DNA of 64,000 nt from positions 1 to 64,000 of the IMG/VR virus record IMGVR_UViG_3300042876_000208, one strand, 5' to 3'. Position numbers and translations under genes: made by a program. Under the pieces are notes generated by a model. It saw only the letters and a program-made list of their open reading frames with translations. It did not search any database and had not been told where the DNA came from. How positions within the stretch are numbered: position 1 is the first letter of the stretch; the number at the start of each line of letters is the position of its first letter. This document shows, one piece after another, positions 9,109-18,040 of this stretch. Source of the DNA: a virus. Lineage: Duplodnaviria; Heunggongvirae; Uroviricota; Caudoviricetes.

Positions 9109-9878
9109 ACCAAACTCCTTCCCGCTCGCCCAATTTGGATGAGCCTTTTGTGAAGTAGAACGGGTTCTACCTGATAGAGTAGTAACCCCTTGTTCATATG
9201 TAAATATCCTGCAAGTGTGTCCAACGAAGCCCTACCACCAAGAGCAGAGAGTGCATCTAAATACCTTGTGCCGTTGGCATCAATGCCATCCTGAATACCA
9301 AAGAACTCTTTTAGAACTCTGGTAATACTATCAGGAACACCATTTCGTTTGATGTATAGAGATAATCGTTTAGCCAGAGACGCTATAACTCTTGGATTTT
9401 CTAGACCTGCATTGACAATCTCCGGATAGAATTCCTCCGGTAGGTCTATAGATACATCCATATAGCTTTTAGTTATTTCAATCAAATCTCCCATCGAGTA
9501 TGGTTCAAAGGTCAATGGCACACACCTGTTGATTAGTGGTTCTAGCAAACCATCCAGTTCATTGGTTGCCATAAATACTACAAACCTGTTACTATCTAGA
9601 GTGTGGTAAAGCGTCTCCGGGTCTTGTAGCTTATGTACCTCATCTATAAAGTGAACCCTAAAGTCTTCATTGAAGGATATTCTACCATCCCTTGGCACAC
9701 TGATTTCAAAGTCACCATTCGGACACAGATAGTTGCAAGATAGCAGGGCTAACCTAGTTTTCCCCCATCCAGAAGGGCCATTAAGTAGGATGTTTAATGC
9801 CTCAGTGGTATGTTCAAGCAGGTTCGGCAAGAACAATCCCAATTGACGCATTAAAGCTGGTTGTCCCTGAAAATACAT
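9105..9878 (-). CDS. RuvB-like AAA+ ATPase (short form)
   Basis: FQGQ..LMRQLGLFL (RuvB FIGQ..VKEQL-like), Walker A GPSGWGKT, Walker B HFIDEVH, C-terminal winged-helix-like GGRASLDTLAGYL...EPVLLHKRLIQIGRAGR (RuvB EPYLIQ.GF..RTPRGR-like). Confidence 0.55.
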   Translation of the reverse strand: MYFQGQPALMRQLGLFLPNLLEHTTEALNILLNGPSGWGKTRLALLSCNYLCPNGDFEISVPRDGRISFNEDFRVHFIDEVHKLQDPETLYHTLDSNRFVVFMATNELDGLLEPLINRCVPLTFEPYSMGDLIEITKSYMDVSIDLPEEFYPEIVNAGLENPRVIASLAKRLSLYIKRNGVPDSITRVLKEFFGIQDGIDANGTRYLDALSALGGRASLDTLAGYLHMNKGLLLYQVEPVLLHKRLIQIGRAGRSLV

Positions 9879-10687
9879 TACAACTCCAAGGCGGTGCGAA
9901 GATAGTCTACATATGTCCGGGCGGTATCGGCATTGTTTGTCAAAGCTGGGGCGGTGTTTATTTCAATCAGTCGAAAACCACCGATAGCCTCTTCAAACGC
10001 TACATCAATCCTGGCCATCTTGACCGGAACAATGGCATAGAGTCTGTGAACAAAATCGCGGAGTTCGGCAATGCGTCCAAAGCCTTCATTTGAAATTCTT
10101 TTGAAGGAATAACCCATATCCTGATTACGGATTGGGAACTCAGGCTCATTATTGGCATCATTGTCCCAGACCTTTTTGAAAATCTTGGCAACCTCACCTC
10201 CGAGAATATGCACACCATATTCATAACGGAATGTATACCAAGGACTCCAATAGCTTTCACGGTGTGCAGAGAATTCTTCTGGGGTACGGGCAATGATAAT
10301 TCCCGCCCCGCCATGCCCATTCAGGACGGTACGAATACACACCGGGTATTGAGTCGGAGTACCGCGACGAAATTCAACTACAGGAAAGTCACGGTCAACA
10401 AGCTTGGTAGCCAGTCGGGTTTTGCTCCCACAAAGACTAATCACCGCAGGGGAATTGAACACGGTGTCACGACCCGCAAAGCGTTCACTACCTGCGGATG
10501 AACCCCAGCGAATTGTAGGAGGCTCATTGGTAGTGGTATAGCGAGTACCCATACCAAGTCCTTCAGCAAGGATACGTGCAGACCCAATCAAGGTATCACT
10601 AGTAAGAATGTAGGACATTCTAATTACCTCCATAAAGGAACAAATCTTCATTTGGAAAAAGATGCTGATAACTTTTGTTCTCAGCAA
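9878..10687 (-). CDS. ATP-grasp family ligase (RimK/glutathione-synthetase-like)
   Basis: 269 aa; CIRTVLNGHGGAGIIIA Gly-rich ATP-grasp loop, downstream acidic/Asn metal-binding region (IEINTAP). Confidence 0.55.
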   Translation of the reverse strand: MLRTKVISIFFQMKICSFMEVIRMSYILTSDTLIGSARILAEGLGMGTRYTTTNEPPTIRWGSSAGSERFAGRDTVFNSPAVISLCGSKTRLATKLVDRDFPVVEFRRGTPTQYPVCIRTVLNGHGGAGIIIARTPEEFSAHRESYWSPWYTFRYEYGVHILGGEVAKIFKKVWDNDANNEPEFPIRNQDMGYSFKRISNEGFGRIAELRDFVHRLYAIVPVKMARIDVAFEEAIGGFRLIEINTAPALTNNADTARTYVDYLRTALEL

Positions 10688-10937
10688 ATTTGGAAGAAAT
10701 ACGCACTTTGTCTACAATTAGACTATAGGCAGTGATAATCTCAAAGACATCCAAGATAGGAACATTTTTCAATACAAGAATGAGTATGCCATTTGCTTCC
10801 CTTGTATAGTTATCAGGATATTTCTTAACGAGGTCTATAATTAATCCCACACCTCGCTGCATAATCAATCTCGTAGAGATAGCCAGTGTCACCTCTTTTT
10901 TATCTCTGTAGATAGGTGAAAGAACTAAGTCAGACAT
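10620..10937 (-). CDS. hypothetical protein
   Basis: 105-aa ORF between the two ATP-grasp genes. Confidence 0.3.
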   Translation of the reverse strand: MSDLVLSPIYRDKKEVTLAISTRLIMQRGVGLIIDLVKKYPDNYTREANGILILVLKNVPILDVFEIITAYSLIVDKVRISSKFAENKSYQHLFPNEDLFLYGGN

Positions 10938-10947
10938 AAAGTATCAA

Positions 10948-11874
10948 TTATCCTCCAAAAGCTACCGACCACAGATATTTTGCGATACGGTAATGAATGT
11001 TCCAAGGGCCATCTTCGCCCAATGAGGCTTTGGCAAGGCGTTCATGCCGAAGTAGAGAACAAGCAGTGTTAATCTCACTCATAACAAACTTTCGGTGCGT
11101 AGTTTGGAAGATGTCGATGAAAGAGATTTTAGCGCCCACAAGTTGCTGAGCTTTAACCGCCAGGTTCAAGAGAATTTCCGGCGGTGTGGGCATGAACTGC
11201 ATGGTGTCGGATAAACACACAGACACTTTCCACTCATCGGGGTGGAACTCAGGTTTGTCCACAAAGCCATATGGAAGGGCCTCCCCATTGATAACCACGA
11301 TGCGGTACAGAGCATCATATTCAATGTATTCTTGCAGGACAAAGCGGTTGCCTAAACCATTGGCCAGGGTGGACATGGGAACAATTTCTTCTGTTCCGGT
11401 TTTCTTCCAACCACTTTCCACTTTGGTAAGCCGAAGGACACGAGCGCCCTGTTCCATGCTGGTGATGGGTTTGATAATGTAATTCCCATTTGGTACAACT
11501 GGAATATCATCAACCCGGACACTCCAAGTGCGTGGGTGTGCAATGGTTTCCTGCAATAAGAGAGAGCAAGCAAGCTTGTCGGACGTAAGCCGTAGAGCTG
11601 AAGGCTTGTTGACAATCTTAAATCCACGCCTCTCCATATCGAAGAGTGTTCCCATCCACCCGTTTTCAGACGGGTTTGCCGCACGAGCGTGTACCACAGT
11701 GTTCGCTGGGGTGAGTTCGGTATGGCGTTCAAAGAATTCCGACAACTCTGATACACGGATTACGTGTGTGTGAATGTCAGTCTTATGCTTCTTCCCGGCA
11801 ATCCACATGATAGACCGTGCAATTACGCGGCTGTAATCACCGCCAGTTTCGGTTCGTACAATAACAAAATTCAT
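10948..11874 (-). CDS. ATP-grasp family ligase (second copy)
   Basis: 308 aa; FVLQEYIEY and EINTA motifs typical of RimK-like ATP-grasp. Confidence 0.5.
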   Translation of the reverse strand: MNFVIVRTETGGDYSRVIARSIMWIAGKKHKTDIHTHVIRVSELSEFFERHTELTPANTVVHARAANPSENGWMGTLFDMERRGFKIVNKPSALRLTSDKLACSLLLQETIAHPRTWSVRVDDIPVVPNGNYIIKPITSMEQGARVLRLTKVESGWKKTGTEEIVPMSTLANGLGNRFVLQEYIEYDALYRIVVINGEALPYGFVDKPEFHPDEWKVSVCLSDTMQFMPTPPEILLNLAVKAQQLVGAKISFIDIFQTTHRKFVMSEINTACSLLRHERLAKASLGEDGPWNIHYRIAKYLWSVAFGG

Positions 11875-11883
11875 CGCTCCTCC

Positions 11884-13089
11884 TTAATGATACTGAAATT
11901 TTTTGATGGCACGTTCAATCTCATTGAAATTAGTACCCAGTCCCAAGGGGAATTGAATCTCCTTAGAATAGATACCAATTGGAATAACCGCGAACTTCTT
12001 TCGTTCTACCTCATCACGAACGGATTTTCTGCTACCAAGTCCACCGACAGCGTATTTCAAGAACAAGTCGATTTGCTTTTCTTCAAGACTCAAGAGAGGC
12101 TTGTTGAACAGAACAATGAATATAGCATCCATGTCTGCAACACTCAACCTCTCCCTCTCACGGAATTCAGCCACCCGAGTAATCTTTTGCCAAAGACCCT
12201 CCTGTGGACTAGTCCCCGAAGTATCCCCCGCGCCGTAACCAGTATTCCTCGTCGTCTGAGAGTTCACGGAGTGGACTTGTCCCTGACTGTATGACGTTTG
12301 ATACGTTTTTGCTGGTAAAGGGTTTTCGGGGCATTTCCCTACCTCCGTTAGAGTTAACCCATCGACTCTGTAGATGGTTTCCTTTTCGAGTTCTTTGACT
12401 TCCTTATCAAAGTCTATTTGAGGACTGCCGAGTAACTGGGCAATATTGGAAATGCTCAGTTGTTCATCGGATAGTGTGCCCTTTTCTGTATTGACGATAA
12501 ACCCATACGGAACTTTGTCCTTCGAGAGATGAACAATATGCAAATCGGCAGTACGTCCTCGACACACATAGAACTTGGACTCTCTGCGAACATAGATAAC
12601 CATTGCATACTTGCCCTTGCATCCGGCCATACAATTGTTGAAGGCGAGGACAAAATCCGGCTCGATTTTCAATTCCGCAGTGAGCATTTCAGCAAAGCGC
12701 TTGCTATCCGAGGGGCGGCTTTCTTCCGTTGTACTGGTTGTGGTGTTGGTATCCTTTAGCTCATCTTCAAACCAAAGAGTACCATTGTGAACGAGAACGA
12801 GTTCATCCGTCTGAAAGGGATGTACATTTTCCTCAGTTACCACAATATTCTTGCTTGCCCTGCGAACATGCGATACAATGGGATTTACCCCAAAGCCATA
12901 GTCGCTGATTAAACCACCAATGTCGCATAGTTCGCTGGCTGCGAATTTGGTTTTGAAGATACCTGACTTAGGTGAGAAAAACCCCCAACCATCCTTGTGC
13001 AGGTAGCGTGAATTCTTTGTTGCTGTTACAAGTAGTGCGGCTTTGTTAAACCGCTCAGACCGTGAGGCGATAAGTGTTATTTGGCACAT
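11884..13089 (-). CDS. class-II (Ntn) glutamine amidotransferase-like protein
   Basis: Begins Met-Cys (MCQITLIAS), the N-terminal nucleophile arrangement of GATase-II/Ntn hydrolases; 401 aa. Confidence 0.5.
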   Translation of the reverse strand: MCQITLIASRSERFNKAALLVTATKNSRYLHKDGWGFFSPKSGIFKTKFAASELCDIGGLISDYGFGVNPIVSHVRRASKNIVVTEENVHPFQTDELVLVHNGTLWFEDELKDTNTTTSTTEESRPSDSKRFAEMLTAELKIEPDFVLAFNNCMAGCKGKYAMVIYVRRESKFYVCRGRTADLHIVHLSKDKVPYGFIVNTEKGTLSDEQLSISNIAQLLGSPQIDFDKEVKELEKETIYRVDGLTLTEVGKCPENPLPAKTYQTSYSQGQVHSVNSQTTRNTGYGAGDTSGTSPQEGLWQKITRVAEFRERERLSVADMDAIFIVLFNKPLLSLEEKQIDLFLKYAVGGLGSRKSVRDEVERKKFAVIPIGIYSKEIQFPLGLGTNFNEIERAIKKFQYH

Positions 13090-13096
13090 ATTACTC

Positions 13097-14233
13097 CTAA
13101 CGATTGATTACGTGACTGAATTGGATATTGTGTACAGAGGCTTGGTGTGAGTCCAAGAAACCAGAATCTTTCAAATCTCTGGCATTTACCTTACGCCGGG
13201 GTTTATCATCCCCAGTATAGTAGAAATCTTCTTGGACATACTTATCCCAAAGGTGGGATTTTATCTCACCCTCTGGTAAGACAAATTTAGGCGCTGTACA
13301 TAAGAGTTCCCTTAGTAGGGTCTTGTACTTGGGCTGCATAGGATATGTATCAGAGAACTCATCCAAGAGTGCAAAGAGAACCTCAAGCAACTGACAATCA
13401 TCGTTGCTCTTGGTCACAGGTGCAAATGGCAGCTCTTCCAAGCGTCTCAATGGCACTTTGGTCAGCATTTCGGCTGTGCTTTGACACAGACGCATGTTAG
13501 CCAAGAACAACTGAGAGTTGACGGTGAAATTGAAATGTCTGAACTCTAATGTGCCGTGTAGTAAGATGCTCAGCAGGTTCACCCCAAAATAGCGCGATGG
13601 GTGATACCGCTTCGGTTCACGCTGACTTACACCATAAGCACGCCAGAATTCATCCACGGTTTCGGATGTTATCAGTTGCTCGTAAGAGAGTACCGGGCGA
13701 TAGTTTCCATCTTCACAACGAACAATCGGGGGCGCGGTGTGTGGTCTGCAATAAATAGCATTGTTGCTATCGCCTCTGAATGTATAGCCCATAGTCCCGA
13801 GCTGATACATGAGGCTTTCAAACTTAGCAGAGAATGTTACCGCCGATAGCAGGCTACCAAGTGAATGGGGGAAACCTACGTGGAAGTGAATGGCATTGCG
13901 AGTACCTTTCTCCAATTCACCTTCACGGTCTAGTTCACCAAGCAAGAGCGGAAAGATACGTTCAGCATCCCTAAAGTACATGGGTACTGAAATCAATTCA
14001 ACTCCCGTGGTGACTTGAGTTAAACTACGACCACTTTTAGTCAACAGATTGAAGGGGTCGATGAAATAGAGTTTGTCTGTAAGCCGCTTCAAAAAGGTTT
14101 CGGAGGATGCATCCCTATCCTTTTTAAACCAATCAAGTATCCCAAGAGTTCCTGCTCTCTCAACGAAGCGTGTGGGGATAACATTTGTGGTTTCTATTTC
14201 AGCGGCTACAGTATCAAGAATTAAACCTTGCAT
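13097..14233 (-). CDS. carboxylate-amine ligase (GCS2/COG2170 family amidoligase)
   Basis: 378 aa; AIHFHVGFP motif comparable to YbdK-type HVHVG; Glu/Arg-rich catalytic core. Confidence 0.45.
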   Translation of the reverse strand: MQGLILDTVAAEIETTNVIPTRFVERAGTLGILDWFKKDRDASSETFLKRLTDKLYFIDPFNLLTKSGRSLTQVTTGVELISVPMYFRDAERIFPLLLGELDREGELEKGTRNAIHFHVGFPHSLGSLLSAVTFSAKFESLMYQLGTMGYTFRGDSNNAIYCRPHTAPPIVRCEDGNYRPVLSYEQLITSETVDEFWRAYGVSQREPKRYHPSRYFGVNLLSILLHGTLEFRHFNFTVNSQLFLANMRLCQSTAEMLTKVPLRRLEELPFAPVTKSNDDCQLLEVLFALLDEFSDTYPMQPKYKTLLRELLCTAPKFVLPEGEIKSHLWDKYVQEDFYYTGDDKPRRKVNARDLKDSGFLDSHQASVHNIQFSHVINR

Positions 14234-14241
14234 AGTTTTTC

Positions 14242-14685
14242 CTAGAACTGGTAAACGTCATTGACAGAGTATACAAATCCAAGTTGAGTTTTATTCTCAC
14301 GGAAATTCTGGCAAAGACGCCAGATGGTTTCAATGAGGTTATTCTTAACCTGCTCTGCATTAGGAACTGAGTAGTGGCACATAATGTTATCCATGTTTCT
14401 ATCCAGTCCTTGAATATAGACCACGGTTCTATCCCCGAGCGCTGGGGTATTATTCACCTTGACCGTGCCTCCGGTGTCCTCGCAAGAGAACGTGAGTTCA
14501 TTAACACGGAGAGCGTCGTGTTGAGATAACACCCTGAAATAAATCACATCACGGTCAACACACATCATAAACGTAATGAGTGCTTCCGTCTCAGGGACAA
14601 TCGGTGGCTTTCCTACCGGGTATCGGAACATATTACCTCCTACGAGAACAAAGTAGTGAACTTCTTGATTGAATAAGCATCCCAC
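14242..14685 (-). CDS. hypothetical protein (true start probably internal Met)
   Basis: 147-aa ORF overlapping next gene by 46 nt; internal MFRYPVGK start likely. Confidence 0.35.
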   Translation of the reverse strand: MGCLFNQEVHYFVLVGGNMFRYPVGKPPIVPETEALITFMMCVDRDVIYFRVLSQHDALRVNELTFSCEDTGGTVKVNNTPALGDRTVVYIQGLDRNMDNIMCHYSVPNAEQVKNNLIETIWRLCQNFRENKTQLGFVYSVNDVYQF

Positions 14686-15245
14686 ATACGTTCAGGATGC
14701 CATTGAACTGCAAAGATATTTGCATCGACCGAGATGGCTTCAACAAGGCCTGACTCTTCAGAGTTAGCCTCAACCCTAACACCGTTACCTAAACGAGCAA
14801 TTCCCTGGTGGTGGAAAGAGTTTGTACGAAACACGCTCCTATCCCGTGTAGTAACACGGTGAACCAAATCAGTCTCGTGCTGAGAGTAGGGATGGTCAAC
14901 AAGGTCTTGACGCAGAGTTCCACCAAAGAACACATTCAACGCCTGCAACCCTCGACAAATCCCAAAGATTGGAAGCTTTGCTTCAACGAACAAAGGTAAA
15001 ACGTGGTCGTCAAAGTATTCCAGGTACGTGTTGGGTTTAGATGTTCGATACTCAGGCCATTGACCATACTTACCGGGATAAATATCTGCACCACCGGGAA
15101 GAACAATTCCGTACAAGAACTTGAGGGGTTCTTCCAAGGACGGGGTTACAATTACGGGTGTTCCAACCTGTTCAATCCAATACAGGTAGTTTGTGTGAAC
15201 ACCAAACACACCATCTGTTTCCGAGCCAGGAATTCCAATTCGCAT
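14640..15245 (-). CDS. class-I glutamine amidotransferase / peptidase C26 (second copy)
   Basis: GICRGLQ nucleophile motif, HHQ, WHPE; 201 aa; first gene of operon. Confidence 0.7.
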   Translation of the reverse strand: MRIGIPGSETDGVFGVHTNYLYWIEQVGTPVIVTPSLEEPLKFLYGIVLPGGADIYPGKYGQWPEYRTSKPNTYLEYFDDHVLPLFVEAKLPIFGICRGLQALNVFFGGTLRQDLVDHPYSQHETDLVHRVTTRDRSVFRTNSFHHQGIARLGNGVRVEANSEESGLVEAISVDANIFAVQWHPERMWDAYSIKKFTTLFS

Positions 15246-15521
15246 CGTTAGCCTCCTTTAGCTAATAATACAGCACCGAGTATGCACATCAAAATCCACA
15301 GTGCAATCAAACCTCTTGATAACATATTGCCTCCTTAAATTCTCTTATCATGCTTGTTGGAGATATAGGTATCCAGCATAGTTGCGAATGTGTTGGCTAG
15401 AAAAATAATGCCCAGGCCAATCAAAATAGTTCCGAGGTCAGAAACATTATAATTTCCAGAATATATCTTATCCAGAACAAATTCAATTCTTTCAGTAATC
15501 CTTCTGTTCATATTACCTCCT

Positions 15522-15896
15522 TTACTTAAGATAAAGATTGGTGTTCAGGTCGATGAACTTTTGATTTTCTACTTCAAGAGCATGAAAGTTATAATCAATC
15601 CAAGCTTTAACTGCATTGAAACAAGTGCTACCGCGAAATACCATACCAGCTTCTGTGGCTTGCTCTCTAGTGACACCAATATTGTATCGTGACTTCAACT
15701 CAACATAGTATCTTTGACCCAGAAGGGTGTAGTAAATGTTAATAGGAATAGACTCTCTCAGGACAGATACAATAATGCGAGAATTATCATCTGAGTTGTG
15801 TACACCAGTTTCCTCAACTCTCAGGTCTGGCCACAACTTTCCGAGGATTTCGATAATCTCCTCAACGGCTTTGCGTTCTTCAGCAATCAGTTTCAT
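15522..15896 (-). CDS. hypothetical protein
   Basis: 124-aa ORF. Confidence 0.4.
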   Translation of the reverse strand: MKLIAEERKAVEEIIEILGKLWPDLRVEETGVHNSDDNSRIIVSVLRESIPINIYYTLLGQRYYVELKSRYNIGVTREQATEAGMVFRGSTCFNAVKAWIDYNFHALEVENQKFIDLNTNLYLK

Positions 15897-16112
15897 TTTA
15901 CTCTCCTTGGTTCATAAGCAAATACGCAAGTATAAGTAACAGAATGGTTATGGGGTTCATAGTCTTCCCAATATAAGTGCAAGAGTTAATAGAAGTAATA
16001 ATCCAAGTAAGAATGTGACAATTGCCACAGTCTTACCAAATAGAATTACAAGCAGTATAAAAACTAGTACACATGCTGCTTCTATTATTAGACTTGCAAG
16101 CATAGTTACTCC

Positions 16113-16463
16113 TTAAATCTCGATGTTACAAATCTCAGACAAAGCAGCCCTTGCTTGTGTCATGAGTTCTTGCTGTTCATTATCTTTGATAGTTGATTTG
16201 ATAGACTGTAGTGCCATCTTGAACTGTTCTATAAACTTGTTGACAAATTCCATGTTGGCCTTTCCTATGGAGCGTATTTCAAAGGTGGTTAGGACTGTAC
16301 TACTACCATCCATTACACTAAGCAGAGGTAACGCATGAAAAGCTTGTTTGACCTTTACAATTTTAAGTTCGGAGTCTTTTGACTTATCCACTGAAACAAT
16401 GATACAAATAGATAGTTCACCGCTCTTTGTAATATGCAACTGTGGCTTTTCAAAAGTTCTCAT
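16113..16463 (-). CDS. hypothetical protein
   Basis: 116-aa ORF. Confidence 0.4.
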   Translation of the reverse strand: MRTFEKPQLHITKSGELSICIIVSVDKSKDSELKIVKVKQAFHALPLLSVMDGSSTVLTTFEIRSIGKANMEFVNKFIEQFKMALQSIKSTIKDNEQQELMTQARAALSEICNIEI

Positions 16464-16678
16464 CTCTTATCTCCTGCTTGATAGATATACAATCCGATTA
16501 CGGCAGGCAGGAAAAAGAAATCTACAAAGAATATTGTAAGGAGTACTCCAATGTTTCCTAAGCCATAGTCAGACTTGAAAAGTTCTTTGACCAATTTAGT
16601 ATCTGTAAGTTGGCCAACAAATATGCCAACAAACAGCATAATCCAGATGTATGCTAAGATTGCTAATGTATCACTCAT
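16460..16678 (-). CDS. small membrane protein
   Basis: 72 aa, two hydrophobic helices. Confidence 0.4.
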   Translation of the reverse strand: MSDTLAILAYIWIMLFVGIFVGQLTDTKLVKELFKSDYGLGNIGVLLTIFFVDFFFLPAVIGLYIYQAGDKR

Positions 16679-16681
16679 AGC

Positions 16682-17074
16682 TTATTCTTCACTTTCAGAT
16701 TCTTTTGTAGGAACTATAACATGCACACTGCAAGGAACAATTGCGGCTGACACAAGTGTAGATGAATTTACACATTTAAGAGCATCTCCAGTATTGTGTG
16801 CAAATACAATACGCAAACCCCCAGAACCATCGCTGTGTTTTGTTTCAACAATGAATGGAATTCCAGCATCGAGTTCATATGAGTCTGGATAAATTGTACT
16901 GTTATCATACAAAAAGGGTTTATTTTTTACACTAATAACAGCATGAAGGTGCGGCGGTTTGTTAAACCTATCCAGAGGATTACCCAGATAGACTTCAGAA
17001 ACACTATCGTCTATTTTGGTAGGATGGGGATTACTGTGATAAGCTTTTGCAGTATCTTTATTATACTTAGTCAT
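16682..17074 (-). CDS. hypothetical protein
   Basis: 130-aa ORF. Confidence 0.4.
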   Translation of the reverse strand: MTKYNKDTAKAYHSNPHPTKIDDSVSEVYLGNPLDRFNKPPHLHAVISVKNKPFLYDNSTIYPDSYELDAGIPFIVETKHSDGSGGLRIVFAHNTGDALKCVNSSTLVSAAIVPCSVHVIVPTKESESEE

Positions 17075-17075
17075 A

Positions 17076-17300
17076 TTATTTCTCCGGATTTTCTATGGGG
17101 CCAGAGCGCATGAGATTTATCTTGATAACTTTGGAGAATCTTTTATCTCTGCCAAGTTCAAGGAATAACTGGGCGAGTGCTTCATCTCGATTATATCTCC
17201 TATACTTAATAGTTTTAGTTATCTTGGAATGATAACTATCTGTGTAAGAGAGTTTAATCTTTATTTCAAGAACATCTTCAAACCAATCGTTCATAGTCAT
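17076..17300 (-). CDS. hypothetical protein
   Basis: 74-aa ORF abutting previous. Confidence 0.35.
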   Translation of the reverse strand: MTMNDWFEDVLEIKIKLSYTDSYHSKITKTIKYRRYNRDEALAQLFLELGRDKRFSKVIKINLMRSGPIENPEK

Positions 17301-17317
17301 CTCCTTTTTTGAATAAG

Positions 17318-17341
17318 ACCCGGGCTAGGAATCGAACCTAG
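17318..17341 (-). other. tRNA 3'-half-like element (T-arm plus acceptor strand only)
   Basis: Minus strand reads CTAGG-TTCGATT-CCTAG followed by CCCGGGT; I could not find a matching 5' acceptor strand or D-arm within 120 nt. Confidence 0.3.
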
Positions 17342-17499
17342 ACCTTCTCCTGCTATAACTTCATTACGGACATTGCCGTAATACATCATTCGCATCAGAG
17401 CTGTACTACTTATACTACTCAGGGTTTAGAACACTCTATTTTTACTTTCGCGGGTCGCTAAATCCGCTGTGGAAGAATGTTCAAGAGAACCACCAGAGT

Positions 17500-17571
17500 G
17501 CCCTCGCAGGGAATCGAACCCTGATTGCCAATTTAGAAGATTGGAGCTTCTATCCATTGAGCTACGAGGGC
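17500..17571 (-). tRNA. tRNA-Arg (anticodon UCU)
   Basis: Hand-folded: acceptor GCCCTCG/CGAGGGC, D-arm, anticodon stem CCAAT/ATTGG with loop CTTCTAA (UCU), T-arm CAGGG-TTCGATT-CCCTG; 72 nt, no encoded CCA. Confidence 0.7.
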
Positions 17572-17699
17572 GTTTTGTTACGGAAGTAAATATCTCAAAA
17601 ATAAATATAGTTCTTTCCACCAAGTCACCGGTGTAAATTGAAACGATGCAGGAAGTCTTGGGTCACAACCAAAATAAATGCGCCGTTTTTTACCCATAG

Positions 17700-18038
17700 T
17701 TAACTCCTTTCTATAAACTCTATTACTTCTAATAGTCTATCCAATATTTCCTTCTTTAATTCTTCATGACCTTCAAAACTCTCAATACACCCAAAGAACC
17801 CAAGGTTCACAGAGTAGATGCCATCAACAAGCTTTCCGTCAGCATCCTCTATGTGAGAATACATCCAATTCCTGCTTCTTACGGTCATAGGTGCATCAAA
17901 GGAGTCAATGGACTTGATATTACCTTCCTTGTCCATAACCATTGTTTCACCGTTTGGATTGAGAGTACCAAATACAACTCCCAAATAGATGTAAAAGCTA
18001 CCATCGTTATGCTTTACAGGTTGACCAATGTTTAACAT
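17700..18038 (-). CDS. hypothetical protein
   Basis: 112-aa ORF. Confidence 0.45.
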   Translation of the reverse strand: MLNIGQPVKHNDGSFYIYLGVVFGTLNPNGETMVMDKEGNIKSIDSFDAPMTVRSRNWMYSHIEDADGKLVDGIYSVNLGFFGCIESFEGHEELKKEILDRLLEVIEFIERS

Positions 18039-18040
18039 AG

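Noticed and set aside
17426-17623. 65-aa minus-strand ORF
   Set aside because: It overlaps the tRNA-Arg gene and the tRNA fragment, so it is an RNA-gene region and not coding.
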